The position numbers and the translations under genes were made by a program. A stretch of DNA of 64,000 nt, taken from a virus. The stretch is from the IMG/VR virus record IMGVR_UViG_3300027977_000009; one strand, given 5' to 3'. The number at the start of each line of letters is the position of its first letter. Positions within the stretch are counted from its first letter, which is position 1. Below are positions 18,530 to 28,513 of this stretch, piece by piece. The notes beneath the pieces are model-generated. The model was not told the DNA's origin and did no database searches. It worked only from the letters and a program-made list of their open reading frames with translations.

Positions 18530-21052
18530 TTAGTATTGGGTACTGCCCGGTAAAATTGTTTTACGTGGAAAGAGGGCGTAAAAGTCTTTCGAGTCAAGTG
18601 GGTCAGGAACAGGAGTACCACTAGGTAGACCAGTCCAAGCTGCCGGATTAAGGTTTTTATCATAATTATACGTGATACTTTTGTCAACTGTAAATCTATC
18701 TATCCTGAAGTTAATCGTGTTAAGAGTTTTTACTTGTCCCGCTGAGTCTTTCCACTGTGTTTCGATGTTGTTCTTGATAATATCAGCATATCCAGGTTTG
18801 GTATAAGCAATTACCCAAGCAGGAACGAATCCTGTGGTAGACCCATTTCTTTGCTGGCTGGTCATCCAAACGGGAAGTATACTAGAATTGTAGTCTTGTC
18901 CTAAGACTTGACCGACGCGAGATCGCATGTCAGGGAGAGAATTCGGATATAGTATTCTAGCATAACCGGGCGAAAGACTAGTATAGTATAGACTTCCGTT
19001 TGTAGCAGATACATAACTAGTAAATATATTAGTTATGCTAGTGTACCATGGCCCCAGATTTAATGGAATAAATCTTGGCCAATAAATTTCTTCTGGTATG
19101 CTTACTCCATCTGGATTAACTAAGTTGTCAACAATCGTACTATACACGACTTCATAGATAATATTGCCATTCGCATCGCGTGCAACGGCAGTGTTTAATT
19201 CACCTAATGTAAGGTTTCTCCAATAATGATTCCTAGTTATGGCAGCAACATATTCGTCGAAGCTACTGGCATAAATGCCATATGCATGTTCATATATGAC
19301 ACTAGTTGCTTTACCGAAATACGGGTCATTCGGCCGGTACAAATAATCATCAGGAATCAAAATGTTGTCTTCTAACAAGGACGCAATGAGATATCGATCT
19401 TCTACACTAGGCGAACATTTGATGTATAACGTATCTGTTGGTTGATTGAATTCCTGAAACACTGATAGAGTAAATTCTCTCGTCGATTTTATTACAGGAT
19501 AGTCGGGAGAGAAAGCTTCAATCGTGAACGTGAAATCTGTAATAGTAGCTAAAGATAAGAGCGCAGTTGTGGGTTGATATGCCACTACGCCTGAAATTTC
19601 GCCGTTATCTAATAATACAAGATTGGGAGGAAGTTCACCTTCTATCACTCTATATGTCAGTGACACGTCAGAGATTGCTGAAACGTTAAGCAGGCTGATT
19701 GATCCATTGTTGATTTGACCCAAATCATTCGCTGTGGTCCATATTATATCACCTGAAAGGCCATTGCTTATTTTTAGTGAGAAATTGATGGACGGAGTAG
19801 AGATTGTTGGGTTTGTGGCTTTTCTTGCTGAAACACTGAAATAATATTCGCTGATACTATTGTCCGCAATAACAGGATTACCTGTAAGCCATCCTGTCTC
19901 AGGGTCTCCAGTTAACCATTCGGGCAAATCTGAGAAAGCGTATTCAAGTGTATTTCCATCAAAATCGTGACCCATCATTCTGAATGAGAAATAATTTTCG
20001 CTCGCTGCCTGTCCTGCATATGCAGGCGTTGTCAAGGGATAGGTAATTCCCGGAGTTACTGTACCTATAGGTGGCAACAAATAGTATCTATAGTTCTCTT
20101 GATCTGCTGATATGTCATAAGTTGGTGGCCTGGTATTGTATAATGTAGGCACCCGTGAATTTGGTGGATAGCCTGGACCGCCAAAACTTACCGGAGTGTT
20201 TTGATTTATTACTGTGATAGCGTAAGAAGTAGTGTCTTGTCCTAAGGGGCTTTCTAGATTTAAAGTGACCGAATATGTCTGTATAGTTGGCTGTCCTACT
20301 TCTACTCCGGGTAAGGTAACTGTCATGTTTCCGACTGAATTACTCAACGGGTATATAGGGCCGTCGACAGTAGTTGATATAGTAAACGTAGTTTCATTTA
20401 GGATTGACTTGATGTAATACGTTTGTCCAAGAGTTACACCGCCGAATACTGAACCGCTAAATTTGATTGGTCTACCTATAGAAAAGTCAGCCGTGCTAAA
20501 CCCAATAATATTATTAGAACTAATTGTAGTCGCAACAGTAACTACTGTGGGTAAAGTAACATTAAGTAAAGGAGGAGCAGCATATCCTCTGATAATTCCA
20601 GATGTGTTTATCTCTATTCCAGGTGGTAATTGTCCCTGAACTACTCTGATAGCGACTGGATTAGTTGGAACTGGATTAGTATATCCTACTTGCAGTTCTA
20701 CCCAGGTGCTATCATTTACTACTATGGGACCGATCGAATCTACAAATTGAGGACCCGATACGCCAGACACCTCCATAGAAAAGGTTCGGTCTCTAATATT
20801 TTGTAGATTGTCAGTTACTCGAACCACAAAATAATATATAGTATTGGCTGTTACTAATCCGGGCGTGCCAAAAATCAATCCGGCTTCATTCATCGTCACC
20901 CCTAGAGGTAAATTTCCGCTAATAATAGCATATGACACAGTGGTCGCAGGTAATACTGCCTGCGCTTGCAGTTGAAATGCAGTAGCCATCACTACATTAG
21001 AAGGATATGAACCTATACTACCTGCAATTGTGATCCAATTGGGCTGTGCCAT
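18530..21052 (-). CDS. Virion protein with repeated putative Ig-like domains
   Basis: Repeated G.LP.G..L...G.I.G modules. Confidence 0.7.
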   Translation of the reverse strand: MAQPNWITIAGSIGSYPSNVVMATAFQLQAQAVLPATTVSYAIISGNLPLGVTMNEAGLIFGTPGLVTANTIYYFVVRVTDNLQNIRDRTFSMEVSGVSGPQFVDSIGPIVVNDSTWVELQVGYTNPVPTNPVAIRVVQGQLPPGIEINTSGIIRGYAAPPLLNVTLPTVVTVATTISSNNIIGFSTADFSIGRPIKFSGSVFGGVTLGQTYYIKSILNETTFTISTTVDGPIYPLSNSVGNMTVTLPGVEVGQPTIQTYSVTLNLESPLGQDTTSYAITVINQNTPVSFGGPGYPPNSRVPTLYNTRPPTYDISADQENYRYYLLPPIGTVTPGITYPLTTPAYAGQAASENYFSFRMMGHDFDGNTLEYAFSDLPEWLTGDPETGWLTGNPVIADNSISEYYFSVSARKATNPTISTPSINFSLKISNGLSGDIIWTTANDLGQINNGSISLLNVSAISDVSLTYRVIEGELPPNLVLLDNGEISGVVAYQPTTALLSLATITDFTFTIEAFSPDYPVIKSTREFTLSVFQEFNQPTDTLYIKCSPSVEDRYLIASLLEDNILIPDDYLYRPNDPYFGKATSVIYEHAYGIYASSFDEYVAAITRNHYWRNLTLGELNTAVARDANGNIIYEVVYSTIVDNLVNPDGVSIPEEIYWPRFIPLNLGPWYTSITNIFTSYVSATNGSLYYTSLSPGYARILYPNSLPDMRSRVGQVLGQDYNSSILPVWMTSQQRNGSTTGFVPAWVIAYTKPGYADIIKNNIETQWKDSAGQVKTLNTINFRIDRFTVDKSITYNYDKNLNPAAWTGLPSGTPVPDPLDSKDFYALFPRKTILPGSTQY

Positions 21053-21063
21053 ATTATTCCTTA

Positions 21064-21687
21064 TTAGCTCAACGCTGCTAAAGCGAGGGCATAATGGTGC
21101 TTTCTATCTGCAAGCCCTATCGTTCCTCCGTTGATGCGTCTAGTAAGCCCAATGAAGTCACCTTTATCAGCATAGATATTTAACTTATTTACATTCCAGA
21201 ACCAACCCGCTGACGCCACTGCACCGTGCGGTGTTTCTATATATGCAATTGCTTCATCTATCGTTTTGTTAATAGACAATGCAAATCTTGTATAATTTTG
21301 TCGTCCGGTTAACTGAATGAGGCCGCGACCACGGAACTTATATCCATCGCCCGAAGATTCAGGCCCATTGCTCATGCGATTTGCATAGACCTTATTGGCG
21401 ATCTTCGCTGGTTTTTTCGCGTATGGTACTGCCGATTCTACTGTAGGGAAATATTTCTTGAAGGTTTTATTCAATCCTGCAACTGAATAGTTTAAATTTT
21501 CTTTGGTGACATTAAAGCCACCGGATTCGTGTGCTGTCTGTGCTAAGAATGCCGCTATTCGTCGTGAATTTTCAAACAAGCCAAAATGTTCACCAATAGT
21601 GTTTAATGGTTCGACATATTTGGCCAAGACTACTTCTTTTGTTCTCGGGCAAATGTCTTTTAATAGCGTGAGGGTTATTTTGTTCAT
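21064..21687 (-). CDS. Glycoside hydrolase family 19 endolysin
   Basis: FLAQTAHESGGF, ENLNYS, YKFRGRGLIQLTGRQNY, TRRINGG. Confidence 0.9.
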   Translation of the reverse strand: MNKITLTLLKDICPRTKEVVLAKYVEPLNTIGEHFGLFENSRRIAAFLAQTAHESGGFNVTKENLNYSVAGLNKTFKKYFPTVESAVPYAKKPAKIANKVYANRMSNGPESSGDGYKFRGRGLIQLTGRQNYTRFALSINKTIDEAIAYIETPHGAVASAGWFWNVNKLNIYADKGDFIGLTRRINGGTIGLADRKHHYALALAALS

Positions 21688-21696
21688 GTCTGTGCC

Positions 21697-21864
21697 TTAT
21701 GGGTTACCTTGACCGCGACTAGCTTTAAAGCTTCGGCGCTTATGCTTATTCATAGTACTGAATTTTATTGATGATGGGTTTCCTCCAATAGTAGTTTTAC
21801 CCTTCGTTTGATTTGAAAAACTGATTTTATTTCCGCCGGATGATCCGATTTTTGTTTTAGCCAT
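21697..21864 (-). CDS. Small basic protein
   Basis: MAKTKIG...HKRRSFKASRGQG; AAGGA SD. Confidence 0.6.
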   Translation of the reverse strand: MAKTKIGSSGGNKISFSNQTKGKTTIGGNPSSIKFSTMNKHKRRSFKASRGQGNP

Positions 21865-21878
21865 TAGTAATTCCTTTC

Positions 21879-24584
21879 TTAGGCGTATGTTGCACCGACT
21901 GAGTACCACCGAGTAGTAGTAGGAGCGACGAATTGTAGTGTTGCACCGGCAGTGTGAGTAAATGCCGCATTGGCTGCAAGACTATTGATTGCTGCACCGG
22001 ATGCTGGATAGACGAGCATTGCATTTGCAGTCGAGTTAGTGATGGTAAGTACCATACCAGCAACTGCCGTCGGCAAAACGATTCCATTTGCAGTAGACGG
22101 AACACTACTGATGAGATTGAGTTCTTTACTGATTGCCGTAGCAGTACCTTGGGTAGTTCCTGCTGCTGCGATGCCTGTTCCTACTGACCGAATAAGATAA
22201 GCAGATGCAATTACGTTTGAACCTGAAATGTTACCACTTACACCCAACGTACCGGTAATGTTAGCACCAGTTGAGGTAGCAATGATTCTTGCTCCACCGA
22301 CTGCATTGATAGTGACGTTTGCGTTATTAGTAATAGCTACGTTCGAATTGCCGTTCTGCAATAATCCACTGTTGATAGTAGTGATGTTACCTGTGGTAAA
22401 GATTGCGGTAGTAGCACCGATGTTGCCGACGTTTGCGTTACCGATAACACTTAACACGCCTGCTGTTGTTAGATTGCCACCACTTACGTTTCCTGTTGCA
22501 GCAACGACGCCTGCTGTTGTTAGATTGCCACCACTTACGTTTCCTGTTGCAGCAACGACGCCTGCTGTTGTTAGATTGCCACCACTTACGTTACCGGTAA
22601 CGGTGAGAAGATTAGTAGATTTGTTAAATGTCAACCCTGAGGTAGCGTTTGCGTTACCGGTATCATTGAATATTACCTGAGTATTTGAACCCGGAGCAGT
22701 TAGTGTACCGCTAATGTTACCTACAAATGTCGTTGCTATAATAGCACCGTTTGCTAAGTTTGCACTGATACTTGTATTAATAACTACACTTGAGTTGCCG
22801 TTCGCACCTGATGTGGTAAAGGTTGGGTAAACCGTAGTTGCAGTTGATGTGTTTTGTAATAATGCTGCTGCATTGGTTGCTGCTCCAGCAGTAGCTACAC
22901 TTAAGTTTGCTACTTGTGTAGTTGAAGTCACTACGAATGGAGCAGTACCAGTTGCTATGTTAGAGATCAATTGTGGTGCGGTTATGTTTGCGGTAGCGAG
23001 TACTTGTGCAGTACCCAAATTACCAACGTTACTGTTACCACTTACACCCAATGTACCGGTAATGTTAGCACCAGTTGAGGTAGCAGTGATTCTTGCTCCG
23101 CCAACTGCATTGATAGTGACGTTCGCATTTGCTGTTATAGTTACGTTCGAATTGCCGTTCTGCAATAATCCGCTATTGATAGCAGTGATGTTACCTGTGG
23201 TAAAGATTGCGGTAGTAGCACCAATGTTGCCGACGTTTGCGTTACCACTTACACCCAATGTACCAGCAACGTTTGCACCAGTGCCAGTCACAACAACAAT
23301 GTTGGCATTACCTACTGCACTAATGTTAACGTTACCATTTGCTGCAGGAATACGAACACTTGAGTTGCCGTTGACTACTGAGCCAGAAGTAGCAACATTG
23401 AGGTTAGCTACCTGTGTAGTTGAAGTAACAGTTAATGGAGCAGTACCAGTTGCTATGTTAGAAATATATCTAGTAGCCGATGATACTCCCGTTGCATTTA
23501 AGTTGCCTACATTAGCGTTGCCGTTTAAAGTTAGTAATTTAGTGGAATCATTGTATGTAAAATCAGGGTCACCGTCTAGTAGATTAGTATTATTATATTG
23601 AATAGTCGAGTTAGAACCACCCGCGCCAACACTATTGCCGGCAATTGCAAATGAGACGGCCCGGCCCCCCTCTTGGTAAACAGCGGCCGATAAACTAGTG
23701 GCCGTTGATAGTACTACTACGTTTCCGGCTACTCCGTTGGCTAGCAATTCACTAGATACTGTCATCGTAGTGGTACTAGGTGTAGATTTTACATAATACG
23801 TTATATTAGGAAGTAATCCTGTTAGATTACCGCCCGAATTAGATGTGATGTTTCCAGTAAATCTGACCGGAGCATTGACCGTCAACAATGCTTGCACGTT
23901 TGCAGCAACCGTAATAAGATTAGTGTTTACTGTAGTAGCACTTACGGTTGTGTAGCCATATGCAGTATACGCAGATGAATTTACGGGAGTAGTCAACGAA
24001 GAATCGGTGTATAGTGAAAACGTATTAGAAGTCAACACATTGGCATAATAAGAATTACCATTTAATTGGGTCATTCCTACTGCATTAGTAATCGTAATTG
24101 CAGCGCCATCGGTGAAAAAATTGTCTTGTGTAGTGGTGACTACTGCCGGGTTAGCCTTCGTTACATTTTGAATATACGCCACAATAGTTGACTTAGGAGT
24201 CCAAGATAAATTTCCTAGACCGTCTGTTTCTAGCACATATCCAATACCGCCGCCTTCGATATTAACATTTGACACATTTCCTAGCGTGATCAGGCCACCC
24301 GCATCGCCGCCACGATTGACCCAGTTCGAGCCATCGTATACAAGAGCTTGCCCGTTTGCTAGTGTTACTGGATTTATATTTAAGTTGCCTATCGCACCTG
24401 TGATTTGACTGAAACTTATATTTGAATAAGCGGTCATCACTTCGATGTTTTCGTTGGGTGTAGTTTTACCGATAAAAAGTCTTTTGGTGTCGGTTGCCCA
24501 TCCCAATTCGGCTTCGGCTAACTGCGGCAAGTCAACTTGATTACCTGATCGATGCTGTATCCTAGAGATTTGCAAGATGGCCAT
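21879..24584 (-). CDS. Tail fibre-like protein
   Basis: N-terminal ISRIQHRSG..DLPQLAEAELGWATDTKRLFIG; long A/N/T/G-rich repeats. Confidence 0.75.
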   Translation of the reverse strand: MAILQISRIQHRSGNQVDLPQLAEAELGWATDTKRLFIGKTTPNENIEVMTAYSNISFSQITGAIGNLNINPVTLANGQALVYDGSNWVNRGGDAGGLITLGNVSNVNIEGGGIGYVLETDGLGNLSWTPKSTIVAYIQNVTKANPAVVTTTQDNFFTDGAAITITNAVGMTQLNGNSYYANVLTSNTFSLYTDSSLTTPVNSSAYTAYGYTTVSATTVNTNLITVAANVQALLTVNAPVRFTGNITSNSGGNLTGLLPNITYYVKSTPSTTTMTVSSELLANGVAGNVVVLSTATSLSAAVYQEGGRAVSFAIAGNSVGAGGSNSTIQYNNTNLLDGDPDFTYNDSTKLLTLNGNANVGNLNATGVSSATRYISNIATGTAPLTVTSTTQVANLNVATSGSVVNGNSSVRIPAANGNVNISAVGNANIVVVTGTGANVAGTLGVSGNANVGNIGATTAIFTTGNITAINSGLLQNGNSNVTITANANVTINAVGGARITATSTGANITGTLGVSGNSNVGNLGTAQVLATANITAPQLISNIATGTAPFVVTSTTQVANLSVATAGAATNAAALLQNTSTATTVYPTFTTSGANGNSSVVINTSISANLANGAIIATTFVGNISGTLTAPGSNTQVIFNDTGNANATSGLTFNKSTNLLTVTGNVSGGNLTTAGVVAATGNVSGGNLTTAGVVAATGNVSGGNLTTAGVLSVIGNANVGNIGATTAIFTTGNITTINSGLLQNGNSNVAITNNANVTINAVGGARIIATSTGANITGTLGVSGNISGSNVIASAYLIRSVGTGIAAAGTTQGTATAISKELNLISSVPSTANGIVLPTAVAGMVLTITNSTANAMLVYPASGAAINSLAANAAFTHTAGATLQFVAPTTTRWYSVGATYA
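22456..22592. repeat. About 2.7 tandem copies of a 51-bp unit (VSGGNLTTAGVVAATGN)
   Basis: Units start at 22456, 22507 and 22558. Confidence 0.9.
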
Positions 24585-24817
24585 TATAAATTATCCTCTT
24601 TATAAGACCAAAATCGCTTCCCGTCAATAGACATACCATTGGATAGTAGTTCTATACTATCGTTCTCTAGCGTATTTTTTTCAAAATTTTCTTTGCCGTG
24701 ATTGTTGACGGCATTGGGTAGAGCTTTGCCTGACCCCAAATAGGATCGGAGATTATTAGCATCTTTGCTAATAAAACACTTACCTAATAAATTATTGGTG
24801 GTTTTGTAAACGATCAT
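24584..24817 (-). pseudogene. Degenerate, truncated GIY-YIG (Seg-like) endonuclease
   Basis: IVYKTTN..GKCFISK...YLGSGK...HGKENFEK..LE; YIG changed to FIS; only 77 aa. Confidence 0.65.
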
Positions 24818-24870
24818 ACGTATAACCTAATCCTTGATTACACGTATTTATCTTAGTTGAGACGAAACCC

Positions 24871-25584
24871 TTAAACGAATTTAGAATAGTATTGTTCTAA
24901 TCGCTTATACCACATATCCTGATACTTATCGTATTCGTTACCTTCGATGACGAACTCGATATACTGTGGTTTAGTCCAAGTATTGTTTACTAGTTCTGGC
25001 TTGACACACATAAAGATAACACCTTTGCGTATCTTAGTATTATACACTTCATCGTGTGCAGTTCCATATGCAGCAGTCTGAACAAAGTAGTCATCGATCC
25101 ATTCTCGCTTCTTTACTTTGTTTGATTGTTTATGATCCATGATAGCTTCTGCACCAGCATGTATTCCGCACAAATCAGTAGTGCCTGCATAGACTTCGGG
25201 GAAATATAATGCAACTTCGGTGCCCCAATATTCGTTGCAGTTAACTAATCCATGTTCGATGATCTGAGTTGCCATCAGATGGCTTTGCTGACTATATGGA
25301 TTGCTGCCCGGTGAACCGGGATCGTCATCTTTGATGTAGTTTTCGATCCACTTGTGCATCCTAGTACCTCGATTCGCGGCTTCAGAAGTGATCTCTGCTG
25401 CTCTCTTGTGACCTATGTTGTTACGCCAATTCTGTAGAGCTTGTTTAGATTCTTCAGATTTTGTTGCATCTAGGATCGTGGTTACGCTTGGAACTTTGTT
25501 ACCGTCGGGGGTAAGATATCGACGCTTACCATCGACTTCTACCTTCTCCATCGCAGCGTATGGAAATTTGTTAATCAGTGCCAT
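24871..25584 (-). CDS. PD-(D/E)xK exonuclease
   Basis: PSVTTIL, RGTRMH, E...YAGTTD, IMDHKQS, YFVQTAAY. Confidence 0.85.
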   Translation of the reverse strand: MALINKFPYAAMEKVEVDGKRRYLTPDGNKVPSVTTILDATKSEESKQALQNWRNNIGHKRAAEITSEAANRGTRMHKWIENYIKDDDPGSPGSNPYSQQSHLMATQIIEHGLVNCNEYWGTEVALYFPEVYAGTTDLCGIHAGAEAIMDHKQSNKVKKREWIDDYFVQTAAYGTAHDEVYNTKIRKGVIFMCVKPELVNNTWTKPQYIEFVIEGNEYDKYQDMWYKRLEQYYSKFV

Positions 25585-25904
25585 TATATCGTGAAACTTT
25601 CTCCGCAACCACAATAGTCGGTCGCATTAGGATTGATAAAGCTAAATTTCGAATCAAAATCTTTCTGTAAATAATCTATGATTGTTCCCTTCAAGTACTC
25701 GACTGACTTAGGGTCAACAAACAAGACAAATCCATTTTGAGCAAGCGTGATGTCCGTGCTTATTGCAGTATCGACGTAATCTAGAACGTAAGATAGTCCA
25801 GAACATCCGGTATTTTTCACGCTGACTCTGATGCCTATACCAGAGCCGCGCTTCGATAGATGTTGTTTGATTTTTTCTTCGGCGTGTTTAGTTAATGTAA
25901 TCAT
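25584..25904 (-). CDS. iscA: IscA/HesB Fe-S cluster carrier protein
   Basis: TGCSGLSY and NPNA..CGCGESF motifs. Confidence 0.92.
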   Translation of the reverse strand: MITLTKHAEEKIKQHLSKRGSGIGIRVSVKNTGCSGLSYVLDYVDTAISTDITLAQNGFVLFVDPKSVEYLKGTIIDYLQKDFDSKFSFINPNATDYCGCGESFTI

Positions 25905-25958
25905 TACAATATTTACTTTATTCTATAGTATAGATCAAGTTATTGCAAACGTCAAGTT

Positions 25959-26288
25959 TTATTTCATTGCTCTTTTAGCCATTTTAGCGACTGTGTTATT
26001 AGCGTCACTGTCGGGTAATTCTGGAGCGGGGGTTCCCTGTTGTCCCTTAAATACTATTTTGTCTCCCTGGATGTTCTTAATAAGGTCTTTTAATGGCGGA
26101 GATTTGATCATTCCATACAAGTCTTCAACATCAAGAATAACATCGTAATTTTGAAAATAATTCAATAGGTCTTCGACGGTGTAATCGTCTCCGAGTTCCC
26201 CGTCTTTGAGATCCTGTGCTAATTGATTAGTCAATGCTACAATTTTAGCAACGAAGGTTCGGTCTTGATCTAGTTCAAAAAGAAGCAT
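25959..26288 (-). CDS. Hypothetical phage protein
   Basis: 109-aa ORF. Confidence 0.55.
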   Translation of the reverse strand: MLLFELDQDRTFVAKIVALTNQLAQDLKDGELGDDYTVEDLLNYFQNYDVILDVEDLYGMIKSPPLKDLIKNIQGDKIVFKGQQGTPAPELPDSDANNTVAKMAKRAMK

Positions 26289-26292
26289 TTGG

Positions 26293-26982
26293 TTATCGCT
26301 TCATTCTTCCTACGCTGCTCATCGAAGCATTTGGTTCTTCCGGGCTACCTAGATCAGGCATCGGAGGAAGGTCTTCCTCTGCTGGAGCTTCGTCGTCCAA
26401 ACCAAAATCTACTTCTTCGTCCCCCATATCAGGTTCGCTTCCGAATTCATTCATATTACCTTGACCAGTTAAACCGTTAAGTGCGTTTGTCATTGCGGTT
26501 TTTGCTGATTGAAGCGCAGTGTTAAGCGTCGCCAGTGCGCCACCGGCCTGTTGGTTGTATGTGTCACTTTCAGTAACCCCGATTTCAGATTGAATCGAGT
26601 CAACAATGGCTGGTAATTCTTTGACGAGCATATCGTTAACATCTTCATAATACTTCTGAATCGAGTCAACCATGTCTTGCGCCGCAAGAATAACTTGTGA
26701 TCTATCTACTTCTTCGTTTTCGAACACGATACGAGGAGTCTTAGCTACTCTCAAGTGTTGAGATAGTACTTGTTCCATAAACTTCAACTTCAAATAAGTT
26801 GGATCGTTCAGTGCTGTATGAAACTTGGGTGATCTTCTAGATTCGTTGATAAGGCTATTTACTCTGTTAAGCATTGCACGAGTCTTTGCTTGGTCTAGTT
26901 TAGATACATCAAAATTCATAGCAAAAGACTCGTGCAATGCTCTAGCCGCTGCGTTCTTTTTGTCAAAATCATTAAGTTTCAT
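26293..26982 (-). CDS. Hypothetical, possibly prohead/scaffold-associated
   Basis: 229 aa, helical with acidic Pro-rich tail; GATAAATA at 27011-27018. Confidence 0.5.
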   Translation of the reverse strand: MKLNDFDKKNAAARALHESFAMNFDVSKLDQAKTRAMLNRVNSLINESRRSPKFHTALNDPTYLKLKFMEQVLSQHLRVAKTPRIVFENEEVDRSQVILAAQDMVDSIQKYYEDVNDMLVKELPAIVDSIQSEIGVTESDTYNQQAGGALATLNTALQSAKTAMTNALNGLTGQGNMNEFGSEPDMGDEEVDFGLDDEAPAEEDLPPMPDLGSPEEPNASMSSVGRMKR

Positions 26983-27027
26983 GAGTAGTACTCTTCCCGT
27001 GTTGATATAGTATTTATCACACCTAGT

Positions 27028-27507
27028 CTAAAAACTTGGACGTTTAAGTTTTTTAAACCTAGTAGACTGGATGTGCTTACAGCTATTTATATAATAAGTG
27101 AGTTCGTCGAGAATACCTCTACGCTTCGTCCTATCTTGTTGCAGTTTAACAGTGTATATGAAATTAGATTCAGTAGTATTGGACATTTTGATCAAACGTT
27201 TGTGTATAGTGATTTCAGTTTCGATGCTGCATAGTTTCAAATCTAACATTTCGAACTTTTCTGCTTCTCGATATTTACGTTCGTTGTGTAACACACACCA
27301 GATAGTCGCATTCCTAAGCGTAGCGAAATCGATTGGTTTTGGCATGACGTTGGACTTTACTCTATAGTAACCAGACTCTGCAAGAACAATGGTATATTTT
27401 CCATATAGCTCATAGGTTCCTTTTTTGTCATACGTGATGATTACATGTTTAAGATCAGAGCTAAGTTCTGACATAAAAAAATGATCGAGTTTTATCGCAT
27501 TGTGCAT
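27028..27507 (-). CDS. Hypothetical protein
   Basis: 159-aa ORF with TAATG coupling. Confidence 0.55.
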   Translation of the reverse strand: MHNAIKLDHFFMSELSSDLKHVIITYDKKGTYELYGKYTIVLAESGYYRVKSNVMPKPIDFATLRNATIWCVLHNERKYREAEKFEMLDLKLCSIETEITIHKRLIKMSNTTESNFIYTVKLQQDRTKRRGILDELTYYINSCKHIQSTRFKKLKRPSF

Positions 27508-27944
27508 TATACTACCTCAAAATAGATGTTCTTTAACTCGTCTGAAGTGTCCAAAAATGCCGGCATCGTATCTTGTTGTCCATAACATAATATCATCGGG
27601 ACACCGTCGCAGTCCTTGTACAATGCCCCTAATGGAACAATTCCATTCTCAAAAACGCTAGAATGCTGTACTTCAAATTCAAATTTCCAATAGTGTTTGA
27701 GGTTGTTTCTGTACAAAACCCCAAACTTGCCAAATTCTGTTTCATGAACGTTTATTTTATTTGGCATTTTAATTACTTCGGGCTGTGAACGCAATGATAT
27801 AACTTGCAACAAAGTATCAAAATTACATTGTGTATTGCGCCGATTTATCCAATCGTCAACGTCATCAGAATTAGGTTTACTTCTATTCATTACTCCGGTG
27901 TGTGTAATATCAAACAGTGTAAGGCAACTGATACGATGTGACAT
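27507..27944 (-). CDS. Hypothetical protein
   Basis: 145-aa ORF. Confidence 0.55.
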   Translation of the reverse strand: MSHRISCLTLFDITHTGVMNRSKPNSDDVDDWINRRNTQCNFDTLLQVISLRSQPEVIKMPNKINVHETEFGKFGVLYRNNLKHYWKFEFEVQHSSVFENGIVPLGALYKDCDGVPMILCYGQQDTMPAFLDTSDELKNIYFEVV

Positions 27945-27961
27945 AGATATATTTAGAGTAC

Positions 27962-27993
27962 AAAAACCCGAGAATAATTAAATTCTCGGGTTT
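27962..27993. terminator. Rho-independent terminator, probably bidirectional
   Basis: AAAACCCGAGAAT/ATTCTCGGGTTTT inverted repeat. Confidence 0.8.
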
Positions 27994-28015
27994 TCGATTT
28001 TATGTATGACTATAA

Positions 28016-28429
28016 TTAGCCAGTGAAGGTAGCGTATGCGAGACCAGTTGTAGTGTTAGCAACTGAAGCAGCAGTAAGCGCAGCATTGACTGCTGCAACA
28101 ACGTTAGCACTTGCGCCGTAAGTAGCGTCAGCAACTGCCCAAACGCCAACTGGATAAATAGCGAATGCTATAGTATCAGGGCCAGCAGTGGTGAACTCAT
28201 ACATGTGGATAGTAGCTTTTTGCTGAACAGTCTGAACGATGACGTTTACTTGTGTTGTGCTGAAAGCTGATGTGCTGGCTGCAACGATAGTGAAGAAGTC
28301 GAGCTTTGGACCCTGTGGCTGAACTGTTGCAGCCGAAGTAACAGCGTTAACACCAGTGTTGGTGTATGCTGGGGAGTCTATATTCAATACTGGCTTGAAG
28401 TCGCCGTTTGTACGTGTAAATTGTGCCAT
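28016..28429 (-). CDS. Probable abundant virion protein
   Basis: A/T/V-rich 137 aa; GAGG SD, late-type motif upstream, terminator downstream. Confidence 0.6.
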   Translation of the reverse strand: MAQFTRTNGDFKPVLNIDSPAYTNTGVNAVTSAATVQPQGPKLDFFTIVAASTSAFSTTQVNVIVQTVQQKATIHMYEFTTAGPDTIAFAIYPVGVWAVADATYGASANVVAAVNAALTAASVANTTTGLAYATFTG

Positions 28430-28513
28430 ATTAGTATTCCTCTAAAAAAGTGAGTTCATTGACTCATGCATATATTTATGCCTAATATTAAAAAAATAGG
28501 ATCTGGGTATGAT

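Noticed and set aside
22456-22592. Tandem repeats as a CRISPR array
   Set aside because: No unique spacers; 51-bp in-frame coding units; no cas genes.
22228-23601. Plus-strand ORFs of 150 and 250 aa (similarly 61658-62425)
   Set aside because: Antisense to low-complexity tail-fibre and Gly-rich genes whose codon bias avoids antisense stops.
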